Origin: Octopus vulgaris
Lineage: Eukaryota
Direction of reading: 5' to 3'
DNA: 64,000 nucleotides
NCBI GenBank assembly: GCA_951406725.2
Contig: OX597836.1
Coordinates: forward strand, 41,292,001 to 41,356,000
Notes under the pieces: generated by a model
What the model saw: the letters and a program-made list of their open reading frames with translations, nothing else
The model's database searches: none
Told to the model about the DNA's origin: nothing
Position numbers and translations under genes: made by a program
Shown: positions 25,672-39,968 of the stretch, piece by piece
Position numbering within the stretch: position 1 is the stretch's first letter
How the letters are laid out: every line of letters begins with the position of its first letter

Positions 25672-26439
25672 ATACATGCATTGTATAGATGTATTTTTAC
25701 ATATGCATACATGTGTATATGCCTGCATTTATATATGTGTGTGTGTGTGCGCGCGCGTGGAGAAAGTGAAAGTAGGCCTGCGCGCATACAGACAGATAAA
25801 TAAATAATTTGCCGGAGAGATAGAGAGAGAGAGTAAGAGATGAGGGTGGAGTGGGGTGGGGTGGTGGGTGAAACGGAGAGACCGAAATTGAATAAAAGCT
25901 AACTCTACCACAAAATAAGCGGGAAATCATAGGAGTTGAGCGGAAAGGCGTTTTAATGATGGAGACATTTATGTTGGTTTTATGAAACTGATTTCGGACA
26001 TTTTGATTTTAATGATCGATGATCTGGACTGGTCTGGTCTGGTCTGGACGGGTTCGGGATGGGGGGGGGGTGCGTGTCTGGTGTGGGCTGTGTGGGGGTT
26101 TAGTCTGGCCGTTTGTTCGGTGTCTGGTATGGCTTGTAAGGGGTTTGGTGCGGTCTGTCTATAGTCCTTTCTCTCTCTCTCTCTTTCTCTCTTGGTTAGT
26201 TAAGAGAGTAAATTGCTAATAAATTTGCCGCCAAATTGGCTTGAAAAAGAAAAAAAAAGAAAGAAAAAAGCGACACGCATGGTGGACAGTGGAGAGGTAA
26301 CGATGGTGTTGGTGGTGGTGGTGGTGGTGGTGGTGGGTGATGATGATGATGAAAGTGATAATAGAATCACCGTCACTAACTCCGACACCGTCACCACCCT
26401 CATTATCTTTGTCATCAACCGTAAGCAACACTGCTGTAC

Positions 26440-26869
26440 CCCACCACAGCCACCATCACCACCACCATCATCATCATCATCATCATTGTCATCATCACTA
26501 CCACCACCACCACCACCATTATCATCATCGAATCATCATCATCATCATCATCATCACCACCACTACCACCACTACCAACACCACCATCACCACCACCACC
26601 ACCACCACCACCACCACTACCACCATCATCATCATCATCATCATCATCCTCATTGTCATCATCACCACCACCACCACCACCACCACCATCATCATTATCA
26701 TCGCATCATCATCATCACCACCGTTAGCACAACCACCACCATCATCACCACCACCACCACCATCATCATCATCATTATCATTCATCACCACCATCATCAT
26801 TATCCTCCTCATCATTGTCATCATCATCACAACCACCACCACCACCACCACCACCACCACCACCACTAC

Positions 26870-26902
<33 letters not shown>

Positions 26903-26925
26903 TATCGCTGCCATCGTTATCTCTC

Positions 26926-26985
<60 letters not shown>
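26440..26985. repeat. (CAC)n/(CAT)n/(CAG)n trinucleotide field
   Basis: Direct reading. Confidence 0.9.
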
Positions 26986-26987
<2 letters not shown>

Positions 26988-27224
26988 TGGAATGGACAAT
27001 AAAAGTAAAAACTAAAAACAAAAGAAAAAATTAATTTTCCAAGAAGACAAAAGCAACAACCAACAAACACACAAAAACCTCCCTCGAAAATTAGGGTCAA
27101 AATTCAATAAACGAACCAAAGACAAGAATAATCGATACGTAATTATTGATTAGAAGAAGACGGGGTCCTGGGCGGGGGTGGCTATAAAGTTAGTATTCCA
27201 AGAAATAAAAAGCCCACATTACAA

Positions 27225-27336
27225 GTCTGTCCGTGTGTCTGTCTGTCCGTGTGTCTGTCCGTTCGTGTGTCTGTCTGTCCGTGTGTCTGTCTGTCTGTCT
27301 GTCCCTCAGTCTGTCCGTGTGTCTGTCTGTCTGTCC

Positions 27337-27379
<43 letters not shown>

Positions 27380-27712
27380 CGTGTGTCTGTCTGTCCGTGT
27401 GTCTGTCTATCCGTGTGTCTGTCTGTCCGTGTGTCTGTCTGTCCGTGTGCCTGTCTGTCCGTGTGTCTGTCTGTCCGTGTGTCTGTTTGTCTGTGTATCT
27501 GTCTGCCTGTCCGTGTGCCTGTCTGTCTGTGTGTCTGTCTGTCCGTGTGTCTGTCTGTCGTGTGTCTGTCTGTCCGTGTGTCTGTCTGCCCGTGTGTCTG
27601 TCTGTCTGTCCGTGTGTCTGTCTGCCCGTGTGTCTGTCTGTCCGTGTGTCAGTCTGTCCGTGTGTCTGTTTGTCCGTGTGTCTGTCTGTCTGTCTGTCTG
27701 TCAGTGTGTCTG
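27225..27712. repeat. (TCTG)n/CCGTGTG compound minisatellite
   Basis: Direct reading. Confidence 0.9.
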
Positions 27713-27779
27713 GTGGAACTGACCAAGTGATAGAGAAAGTGATATAATTGATCAGGAAAGAAAATCCGGATAATGTAAT

Positions 27780-28019
27780 GGTGAAGTTAAGTTCTCGAGT
27801 CATACCGACCCATAAGGGCCAGTTTCCATTGTGTGTAAACCCCCCAGCTGGATGGCACGCCGGTCCCCCGCAGGATGTTTTGCCGGCTGAGGGAACTGGA
27901 ACAACGTGAAATGAAATGTTTTTGCTCAAGGACAGAACGCGTTGCCTGGTCCAGGAATCGAAACCGCAGTCTTACGGTCATGAGTCCAGCACCCTTAACC
28001 ACTAGGCCACACGCCTCCA
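27780..28019 (-). mobile_element. SINE family 2-related (CORE-like), tail type c
   Basis: GTGGAGGCGTGTGGCCTAGTGGTTAAGG head and GTTTCGATTCC B box. Confidence 0.7.
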
Positions 28020-28055
28020 CTATGGAAGAGATGCCTGAAAGCTCTACACCCACTA

Positions 28056-28467
28056 CGCAGGAGTGGCTGTGTGGTAAGTATCCTGCTAACCAACCACATG
28101 GTACCGGGTTCAGTCCCACTGCGTGGCATCTTGGGCAAGTGTCTTCTGCTGTAGCCCCGGGCCGACCAAAGCCTTGTGAGTGGATTTGGTAGACGGAAAC
28201 TGAAAGAAGCCTGTCGTATATATGTATATATATATATATATGTGTGTATATGTGTTTGTGTGTCTGTGTTTGTCCCCCTGGCATTGCTTGACAACCGATG
28301 CTGGTGTGTTTATGTCCCCGTCACTTAGCGGTTCGGCAAAAGAGACCGATAGAATATGTACTGGGCTTACAAAGAATAAGTCCCGGGGTCGATTTGCTCG
28401 ACTAAAGGCGGTGCTCCAGCATGGCCGCAGTCAAATGACTGAAACAAGTAAAAGAGTAAAGAGTAAA
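28056..28467 (+). mobile_element. SINE family 1
   Basis: Matches the family. Confidence 0.9.
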
Positions 28468-28659
28468 GACTACCATCTTAGGAACAGAGGACAAAAGATA
28501 TGGATAGGTGGATGGATTGATGGACGGATGGACGGGCGGACGGATCTATTGGCTTACTCGGAACATCCAAGTTTATTTTGAATTTTCCTGGATAGTTTCA
28601 CTTTCATTATCAATGTCGCGGCTATGGTTTGTCCACGTTACTCTGCAAGGAGCACAGCG

Positions 28660-28880
28660 ATGGTTTCCTGGTTTCTCTGGCATATATATTCCTCTCCATC
28701 GCCCATCTGGATGGGAAGCCAGTCCCTCGCAGGATTACTTTTGCCGGCTGAGTGAACTGGAGCAACGAGAAATGAAGTGGTTTGCTCAACAACACAACGC
28801 ATCACCCGGTCCAGGAATCGAAACCACAATATTACGATCATGATTACAACACCCTTAACCACTAAACCACACCTCCTCCA
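28660..28880 (-). mobile_element. SINE family 2-related, diverged
   Basis: Similar to 27780-28019. Confidence 0.65.
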
Positions 28881-28926
28881 CATCCTCAAGACTATTCGAG
28901 GAGAGACTTAACTTGAAAATGGAATT

Positions 28927-29308
28927 GGAAGCACTCCGTCGGTTACGACGACGAGGGTTCCGGTTGATCCGATCAACGGAACAGCCTGCTCATGTAATTA
29001 ACGTGTAAGTGGCTGAGCACTCCACAGACACGTGTACCCTTAACGTAGTTCTCGGGGATATTCAGCGTGACGCAGAGAGTGACAAGGCCGGCCCTTTGAA
29101 ATACAGGTACAACAGAATCAGGAAGTAAGAGTGAGAGAAAGTTGTGGTGAAAGAGTACAGCAGGGATCACCACCATCCCTGCCGGAGGCTCGTGGAGCTT
29201 TAGGTGTTTTCGCTCAATAAACACTCACAACGCCCGGTCTGGGAATCGAAACCGCGATCCTACGACCGCGTGTCCGCTGCCCTAACCACTGGGCCATTGC
29301 GCCTCCAC
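28927..29308 (-). mobile_element. SINE family 2, tail type b, with TGGAATT target-site duplication
   Basis: Close match to 46801-47187; TGGAATT at 28920-28926 and 29309-29315. Confidence 0.85.
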
Positions 29309-29538
29309 TGGAATTAGCCCAAGTTCAGAGAGGAAGAGAAAGGAAGAATAAGCTGATGGCCATTGCATCGTCGGATATATTTTCAACTTCAGCCCACACT
29401 CCACTCATCTCTTTCAGGGGGATGCACTTGAGTGAGAGCGTGAGTTTAGAGAGTGGCACGAATGCCCTAACCACGCACACAAATCGCGCACCCCACTCGC
29501 ACACTTCTATTTAGGGACACGAGTGTGCCCGTGAGTGT

Positions 29539-30054
<516 letters not shown>

Positions 30055-30249
30055 CATATATATGCATATCTGTGGAAACCAGCGTATAAATGCAGAACCA
30101 TCTTAGCAGTATTATAGAGCTTGTGGCGAATCAATACATTATTTATTTACTGATAATGTTTATTTACTGATAGTGTTTATTTTCTAATAGTGTTTATTTA
30201 CTGATAGCAAGTCATGGCATACATAGGTCAGAATTGGAGCCTGAGACTT

Positions 30250-30548
30250 TGTTGTTCGTTCCTTCTCGAGCCATGCCTGGTTCATAAAGGCCGGTTTCCC
30301 GGTTTCTTGGTGTATAGGTTAGTCAACCCAGCTGGACGGGACGCCGGTCCGTCGCAGGTGAGCTGCTAGATGCATGAGGAAAGAGTGAGAGAAAGTTGTA
30401 GCAGAAGTTTCGCCATTACCTTCTGCCGGAGCTGCGTGGAGCTTAGGTATTTCGCTCATAAACACACACATCGCCCGGTCTGAGATTCGAACCCGCGGTC
30501 CCTCGACCGTGAGTCCGCTGCTCTAACCACTAGGCTATGTGCTTCCAC
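30250..30548 (-). mobile_element. SINE family 2-related, tail type c, with 12-bp TSD
   Basis: AGCCTGAGACTT at 30238-30249 and 30549-30560; B box GGTTCGAATC. Confidence 0.85.
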
Positions 30549-30792
30549 AGCCTGAGACTTATGAGATATCCAGGCAATTATCCAGTGCGGCCATGCGTTA
30601 AGAGGCACTGTAGATATTTAGATAAGAGATCGATAGATAAAGTATAAATCGATAGATAAAGTATAAATTCCAACTTTTTCAGGCCCCCCCCCCCAACACC
30701 GAGGCTATATTCCTTGTGCCCCCTTCTCTCACCCCACCACAGATATAGACCACTTTCTGTAGCAAATTCAAAACAACTGTATTTCAGAAATA

Positions 30793-31792
30793 AAATACCT
30801 ATTTCTTTACTACCCACAAGGGGCTAAACACAGAGGAGACTAACAAGGACAGACTAACGGATTAAGTCGATTATATCGACCCCAGTGCGTAACTGGTACT
30901 TATTTAATCGACCCCGGAAGGATGAAAGGTAAAGTCGACCACGGTGGAATTTGAACTCAGAACGTAGCAGCAGATGAAATACCTATTTCTTTACTACCCA
31001 CAAGGGGCTAAACACAGAGGAGACTAACAAGGACAGACTAACGGATTAAGTCGATTATATCGACCCCAGTGCGTAACTGGTACTTATTTAATCGACCCCG
31101 GAAGGATGAAAGGTAAAGTCGACCACGGTGGAATTTGAACTCAGAACGTAGCAGCAGATGAAATACCTATTTCTTTACTACCCACAAGGGGCTAAACACA
31201 GAGGGGACAAACAAGGACAGACAAACAGATTAAGTCGATTATATCGACCCCAGTGCGTAACTGGTACTTATTTAATCAACGCCGAAAGGATGAAAGGTAA
31301 AGTCGACCACGGTGGAATTTGAACTCAGAACGTAGCAGCAGATGAAATACCTATTTCTTTACTACCCACAAGGGGCTAAACACAGAGGGGACAAACAAGG
31401 ACAGACAAACAGATTAAGTCGATTATATCGACCCCAGTGCGTAACTGGTACTTATTTAATCGACCCCGGAAGGATGAAAGGTAAAGTCGACCACGGTGGA
31501 ATTTGAACTCAGAACGTAGCAGCAGATGAAATACCTCTTTCTTTACTACCCACAAGGGGCTAAACACAGAGGGAACAAACAAGGACAGACTAACGGATTA
31601 AGTCGATTATATCGACCCCAGTGCGTAACTGGTACTTATTTAATCGACCCCGGAAGGATGAAAGGTAAAGTGGACCACGGTGGAATTTGAACTCAGAACG
31701 TAGCAGCAGATGAAATACCTATTTCTTTACTACCCACAAGGGGCTAAACACAGAGGGGACAAACAAGGACAGACAAACAGATTAAGTCGATT
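30793..31792 (-). repeat. Tandem array of headless SINE family 3 units, 184 bp x ~5.4
   Basis: AAATACCT unit starts at 30793, 30977, 31161, 31345, 31529 and 31713. Confidence 0.9.
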
Positions 31793-32145
31793 CTTTATGC
31801 TCATAGGCTAACAGACATGGATTTGTAAGCATCAACGTTAATGTAGAAAAATTAAAATTTACTCCGGCGCGCTGTAATATATATACACTACTGACCCCGG
31901 ATATGCATGCACTACCACTAATGTATGTGTGCGTAGATACATATAAGCACAAGTGTGTGTATGTGTATGTGTGTGCGAGCCTGTAATATATATATATATA
32001 TATATATATCGAGAGAAAGAGAGAGAGAGAAAGACAGACAAACAGAGAGATATTTATATGTATATATATATATATATCTACATATGTATTCTCTTATATG
32101 TTCGTATGTCTATATGTTCGTATGTCTATATGTGCGAATGTACGA

Positions 32146-32219
<74 letters not shown>

Positions 32220-32220
<1 letters not shown>

Positions 32221-32487
32221 TAAAACGGTAAGATAACAAAAGAAAGAAAGAGACCTCAAATATTATGTAAATAGAGGAAGTTTATCAGTACAATAATATG
32301 TTACATTACTCAATAGTCAAGATAAAACTCTGAGTTTCAGATGCCGAAGTGGGAATCCACGACACCATCTCTTCGGTTATCTGCCTATTTAGAAAATAGC
32401 CAGATAACCGAAGAGATGTCGTGGATTCCCACTTCGGCATCTGAAACTCAGAGTTTTATCTTGACTATTGAGTAATGTAACATATTA
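32220..32487. mobile_element. Family C element as a fold-back: ~95-bp near-perfect inverted repeat, each arm a hammerhead motif
   Basis: Arms span 32294-32487. The plus-strand motif at 32402-32461 reads AGAUAA-CCGAAGA-GAUG...CAUC-U-GAAA-CUC(A)GAG-UU^UUAUCU; its mirror is at 32320-32382. Confidence 0.75.
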
Positions 32488-32530
<43 letters not shown>

Positions 32531-33752
32531 TGTATGTATGTATGTATGTATGTATGTATGTATGTATGTATGTATGTATGTATGTATGTATGTATGTGTG
32601 TGTGTGTGTGTGCGTGTGTATATATATATATATAGATATATATGTATATATATATAGGTGTGTGTGTCTGAATACGTGTGCAGGTGCGCGCGCGTTTGTG
32701 CCTATGGTGCACATGGTGACACATATACCTACATGTATACGTGCATATAAGAGTGTGTGTATATATACACACATGCGCACACATATATACACACATATAT
32801 ATGTACACACGCACACGTAAATACACATACACACACACATATATAGATAGTTAGATAGTTAGATAGATAGATAGACAGATAGATAGATAGGTAGGTAGAT
32901 AGATAGATAGATAGATGATTAACTTGCATGTATATGTATATATGCGCGGATGGCTGCGTATGCGTGTGAATAGCTATACATATGTGTGTGTGTGTGGAGG
33001 GGCGTGCGTGTGTAAGCACGATAAGCTTTTGTGGCTAAAATCATTATCCCCTTGTGAGATAAATATAATGGATGATGCAACCATAAACTGCGAGTTGCTG
33101 AAAGTCAAGCGACAAGTCGGCTCGTGCTGTCGTGTACACGCGTGCTCACGGACACAGAAACACACACACGTGCTCACACACACTCGTACACACACACACA
33201 TACACACTCGCACAATCTGCTCACGCAGACTCCATCCCAATCATAAAACTATAAAAGAGAAAACAATGAAAGCTCATAAAATTTCTAATAATAATTAATC
33301 CCGTACAGAACCATTTCATTCCTTTTTGAAATCATCAGCATGACATTTTCCGAAGTGTGATATTTTTATCGTTTATCTTTTACATTGGATCGTGGCCATA
33401 CTGGGGCACCACCTTGAAGAATTTCTGGTCAAACGAATCGACTCCAGCACTTGCTATTTTTGGTTAAGCCTGGTACATATTTTATCAAAATTAAAACAAT
33501 TTTGCCGAACTGCTAAGTTACGGGGACGTAAACACACCAGCACCGGTTGTCAAGCGGTGACGGTGAATAAACACAGATACACATACGAATACACACACAC
33601 ACACAGCACACACTAACACAGAAATACACACACATACACGCATAAATATATATATATGTGTGTGTGTGTGTATATTTCTGTGTCAGTGTGTGCTGTGTGT
33701 TTTTATATATATATATGCGTGTGTATTATATATGTGTTTGTGTGTGTGCTTG

Positions 33753-34080
33753 AAGGCGCCTGGCTCTGTGGTTAGGGTATTCAGCTAACGATCGTAAGGA
33801 AGTGAGTTCGAAAAACCGGCGACGAGTTGTGTCATTGAGCAAGATACTTTATTTCATGTTGCTCCAGTCTACTCAACTGGCAAAAATTACCTGTACCTGT
33901 ACTTCAAAAGGACCAGCCTTATCACATTCCGTGTCACGCCGAATCTCTCTGGGGACTATGTGACGCGTGTCTGTGGAGTACTCAGCCACATGAACGTTAA
34001 TTCCAATTTTACGAGCAGGTTGTTCCGTTGATCGGGTCAACTTGAACCCTCATCATTGCAAACGACGGAGTGCCAGTTGC
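33753..34080 (+). mobile_element. SINE family 2-related, tail type b, diverged
   Basis: tRNA head plus GACGGAGTGCCAG tail. Confidence 0.7.
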
Positions 34081-34083
34081 CAG

Positions 34084-34123
<40 letters not shown>

Positions 34124-34126
<3 letters not shown>

Positions 34127-34484
34127 GGGACAAGAACGCAAAATATTCAGACAGGTGATACAAAAAAAGGGGCAAAAAAGATCCAGATAGACCATACAAA
34201 GAAAACAAGGACGGGTCATTCGGATTTTTCTTTCCTCAGTTGAGTTCCAGATCATATTTGCAATTACGGCTTGTTATACTCATGATTGCTCCAATCTGGC
34301 TAGCCTCAAGGAAAAACTGAGCTAACACCATTAGATTCCTTCGAAGAAAGCAGCGAATGTATACGAAAACGAGGAGGGAAAACAACGGAGAAGGTTACAC
34401 AAATACAAATAACAGGACATAACAACATGTGTCTTTGGACGAAGGACGAATTAAATTAAGCTGGCGTGTGTGGAAATAAAGCCT
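34124..34484 (-). mobile_element. TA-embedded short element family E
   Basis: Reverse-complement homolog of 41321-41642. Confidence 0.6.
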
Positions 34485-34498
34485 TATATATATACATA

Positions 34499-34727
34499 TG
34501 TTTATTGAGCGAAAACACGTAAAGCTCCACGATGCTCCGGCAGGTGGTGGTGGCGATCCCTGCTGTACTCTTTCGCCACAATTTTCTCTCACTCTTTCTT
34601 CTGTAGGCCTGCTCACCTAGCGAGCGGAGTGGCGTCATTTGAAGGCTAAAACAATGCGAAGCGCATTGTGACCAGCGATGTGTAGCAACATCTGATAGCC
34701 TGGTCGATCACGGTGATCACGGTGATA
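34499..34727 (+). mobile_element. SINE family 2, tail a, 5'-truncated
   Basis: Matches 3175-3395. Confidence 0.8.
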
Positions 34728-34752
34728 TATGTATGTATATATATATCTTTAT

Positions 34753-34784
<32 letters not shown>

Positions 34785-34984
34785 TGTTAAAGACGTCCGT
34801 CTCTACATAAACCTGATGACTGCGTACGCATGAACGTATTAGCTTATTTCAATATTGTAAAACTGAAAATTCATAAAATTGTAAAAATTGCAAATAATGA
34901 AACGTGAGAATCAGACTAAGTTGGAATATCATTGGTTAACATATTCTATACACGATCATACAAACACGGATATGTAGACATACA

Positions 34985-35157
<173 letters not shown>

Positions 35158-35168
35158 GCATATATATG

Positions 35169-35786
<618 letters not shown>

Positions 35787-35823
35787 ATATATATATATAT
35801 ATATATAAATATATATATACATA

Positions 35824-35874
<51 letters not shown>

Positions 35875-36448
35875 CATATACATATACATACATTGTATCT
35901 TGAAATGGCCATTATGTTTTATAAGGACACACGCACTGGCTATATTTCATTATCATTATTACAAGTCAACTTGCTAATTAATTAAACAATGAATTAATCG
36001 ATTATTTGATTACTCGTTCAATCAATCGATCAAGCCGTGGTTTTCTCAGATGCCTCACACAACCTCAAAAATGACATATCCTCGTTTCTGAAGCCCGATA
36101 TTTAGTCTCCAAGCTGGTTCTCTTGATTTTATTACTGTACTTATGCTTTTGGAGAAGTGTTCAGTTAATATATGTGCCTATGTAAAGTGGTGAGGTGGCA
36201 GAATCGTTAGCGTGCTGGGTAAAAATGGCTAGAAGTATATTCTCCGTCTTTAGTATACAGTTGAATATTGTTCAGCAGCAGCCGTGGGTGGGCGCTTCAT
36301 CGGGTGGGATATGATTAAGTCCCCAATAATAATCTTGTATAATGGTATATGAATATAAACACAGCAACATCAGCCTGGTATGTGGTGCAGAAACAAATGT
36401 TTTGACTACTATTGAAACATGATATCCTCCATCATCGTATAATGTTAT

Positions 36449-36519
<71 letters not shown>

Positions 36520-36536
36520 CATACATACATATATAT

Positions 36537-36710
36537 AACGGGAAAGTTTACGAAAATAAACAAAAGACGAAGACAGGTGGAGTACAAACAAACAAATGTA
36601 TTAGTATAGCGCTCAGGAATAGAAATAGAAAAAGTCTTTTACGTTTCGAGCCTACGCTCTCCGACAGAAAGATACACACAAAAAAACAAGCAGAGAAAAA
36701 ATGCGTGTAC
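36537..36710 (-). mobile_element. Hammerhead element family B
   Basis: Motif at 36635-36672 reads UCUUU-CUGUCGG-A-GAGC(GUAG)GCUC-GAAA-CG-UA^AAAGA. Confidence 0.7.
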
Positions 36711-36733
36711 ATATATACATACCTATATATATA

Positions 36734-36937
36734 AAGTTAATCCAAACAAGAAAACACAAAAAAAAAACACAACAACGCGAGGACGTGGAACAAATATAGT
36801 GTTATTGGACGCTCAGGAAAGAAGGGAAGAAGGAGGATTTAACGTTTCGAGCGGAGCTCTTCGTCGGAAACATAGGAGAAGGAAAGATCCCGAGAAGGGA
36901 AGACAGAGGGAAAAAGTCGCCAGCAGTACTCACGAGG
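36734..36937 (-). mobile_element. Hammerhead element family A
   Basis: Motif at 36837-36871 reads GUUU-CCGACGA-A-GAGC(UCC)GCUC-GAAA-CG-UU^AAAU. Confidence 0.75.
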
Positions 36938-36996
36938 TATATTTATATACATATATATATATATACACTTATATGCATATATATACACGTATATAC

Positions 36997-37054
<58 letters not shown>

Positions 37055-37318
37055 ATATATATATATATATATAGATGTATGCTCACACAAATATATGTGT
37101 GCACGTGTATGTGTGTGTGTGTGTTTATCAAGGCCGCAAGCTTGCAGAATCGTTAGCACGCTGGAACACTGGGATCGATGTAATCGACTATCCACCCCAC
37201 CTACCAAAACATTCATGCCTTCCGTCTGTAGTAGAAAGGAATATTTGTGTGTATTTATGTTTGGCCGTATATGTTAGGCGGTATGTTTTGTCAGCTGGAG
37301 CTTCAATATACTCTAAAA

Positions 37319-38188
37319 CAGTAGTTGCCAAACTTTTTCAGGCTCTGCCAACACCCAGGCCACATTCCTTGTGCCCCCTTTTCCCACCCTACCATATGTA
37401 TAGACCACTTTCAAAACAACCGTATTTCACAAATAAAACTTAACTTATTTCTTTACTACCCACAAGGGGCTAAACACAGAGAGGACAAACAAGGACAGAC
37501 AAACGGATTAAGTCGATTATATCGACCCCCAGTGCATAACTGGTACTTATTTAATCAACCCCGAAAGAATGAAAGGCAAAGTCGACCTCGGCAAAATTTG
37601 AACTCAGAACGTAAAGACACACGAAATACCTATTTCTTTACTACCCGCAAGGGGCTAAACACAGAGAGGACAAACAAGGACAGACAAACGGATTAAGTCG
37701 ATTATATCGACCCCCAGTGCGTAACTGGTACTTATTTAATCAACCCCGAAAGAATGAAAGGCAATGTCGACCTCGGCAAAATTTGAACTCAGAACGTAAA
37801 GACACACGAAATACCTATTTCTTTACTACCCACAAGGGGCTAAACACAGAGAGGACAAACAAGGACAGACAAACGGATTAAGTCGATTATATCGACACCA
37901 GTGTGTAACTGGTACGTATTCAATCGACCCCGAAAGGATGAAAGGCAAAGTCGACTTCGACGGAATTTGAACTCAGAACGTAGCGGCAGACGTTATACGG
38001 CTAAGCATTTCGTCCGGCGTGCTAACGATTCTGCCAGCTCGCCACCTTAACCTATTAATGTTTTTCTTTTTACATGTGTCACCCCATTTTGGCCACCCCA
38101 TTATCATCCCACTTTTCTTCAACATCCCCACCCCTAGATCTTTCCACTGACCCTAAGAGGGCACTACTGTCCACTTTGGGAACCACTG
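37319..38188. mobile_element. hAT (Charlie-like) MITE with a nested SINE family 3 trimer (37446-38047)
   Basis: TIRs CAGTAGTTGCCAAA and TTTGGGAACCACTG; degenerate 8-bp TSD CTCTAAAA/CCTTAAAA. Confidence 0.7.
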
Positions 38189-38664
38189 CCTTAAAATATC
38201 ATAATGTACAGTAGTATTGAATATACCCTACCCGACAACACTGTACTGTGTACAATACTGTACTGTATTGTACTGTACTTTACAGTAGACGTTAACGACC
38301 TCCGTTTTTAATTAGATATTTTAATGAACATATTCAATTCAGCTAATATCAAATTTAAGTTTAATTCACTTCTAATTAAATTTTAATTTATTTATATTTG
38401 TTACAGTTCTATCTCGATCTTTTAACGATATGAATAATGATGAATAATTATTGATGAGGATGACGATGATGACGACGACAACACCAACAACATCAACAAT
38501 CATTACAACAACAACAACAACAACAACAACAATAATAATAATAATAATAATTTATACTTTCGGTTAATTAGGTTTCCCTTTTGACTCCTATCACTTTTTT
38601 AAATTGAAATATTTGTTAAAATATTAAACACAGTCTCTGCCAATTACGTCGGCATTAGACCGTT

Positions 38665-39765
38665 GTGGTCGTCGTCGGTAGTGGTGGCGGTGGCGATGGT
38701 GGAGGTGATGGCGATGGTGGTGGTGATGGTGGTAGTGGTGGTGGTGATGGTGATGGTGGTGGTGGTGTGGTGCTAGTGGTGGTATGGTGGTGTGGTGCTA
38801 GTGGTGGTATGGTGGTGGTTGTGATGATGGTAGTAGTGATGATGCTGGTGGTAGCGATGGTAGTGGTGGTGGTGATGATGGTGGTGGTGATGATGGTGAT
38901 GGTGGTGGTGGTGGTGATGACAATGATGATGATGATGATGGTGGTGGTGATGATGGTGGTGGTAGTGGTGGTGATGGTGATGGTTGTAGGTGTGGTGGTG
39001 GTGGTAGTGGTGTGGTGCTAGTGGTGGTATGGTGGTGGTGATGATGGTAGTAGTGATGATGCTGGTGGTAGCGATGGTAGTGGTGGTGTGGTGGTGATGA
39101 TGGTGGTGGTAGTGGTGGTGTGGTGGTGGTGATGGTGGTAGTGGTGGTGATGGTGGTGGTTTTAGTGGTGGTGATGGTGGTGATAGTTAGTGGTGGTACC
39201 GATGGAGAGAGAGAGACAGAAAGAAAGAAAGGGTGAAAGAAAGTTAGGAGTGACAGTAAGAAAGTGAAAGAGAGGGAGAGAGGGAGAGAAGGTGATGTTC
39301 TTATTTCGACATTCTCTCTTTCACTCCCTAACAAATAACAACAACACTAACAACAATACCAACAACAGCAGCACCACCACCACCATCATCACAACCCCTA
39401 CCATGATGACCACCACCACCACCACCACCATCACCACCACCATCATCACCACCACCACCACCACCACCACCACCACCACCACCACCACCACCACCCACCA
39501 CCATCATCACAACCACCACCACCACCACCACCATCACCACCACCATCATCACAACCATCACCACCACCACCACCACCACTGCCACCACTGCCATAACTGA
39601 CACCACCATCACAGCTACAACCACCACCACCACCACCACCATCACCACCATCACAACCACCACCACCACCACCACCACCATCACCACCACCACCACCACC
39701 ACCACCACCACCACCACCACCACCACCACCACCACCACCACCACCACCACCACCATCACCACAAC
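38665..39765. repeat. Opposed (GGT)n and (ACC)n fields
   Basis: 38665-39195 is GGT/GAT-rich and 39372-39765 is ACC/ATC-rich. Confidence 0.9.
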
Positions 39766-39968
39766 CAACGTAGGCCGTCCGACGTTTCAAAAGTATCTAC
39801 TATTGGTCCGTGTATATATATTTGCATGTTTACGCTTGTGTGTGTATGCGTGTGCGTGTGTGTGTGTGTACATGTGTTTGTGTGTATGAGTGTATGTGTG
39901 TGTATATTTTCGCAAAATGTGTGTGTATGTGTGCGTATGTATGCCCGCTCGTGTGTGTGTATTTTTTT

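Noticed and set aside
25800-26240. G-runs and E2F-like sites suggesting a promoter
   Set aside because: Short motifs in low-complexity context, with no downstream exon or other support.
30793-31792. Regular repeat array resembling CRISPR
   Set aside because: The 184-bp units are near-identical throughout, with no unique spacers and no cas genes; they derive from a SINE.
34808-34852. CUGAUGA-C-UGCG(UA)CGCA-UGAA-CG-UA
   Set aside because: GAAA is incomplete and there is no convincing helix I; it could be a decayed motif but is unsupported.
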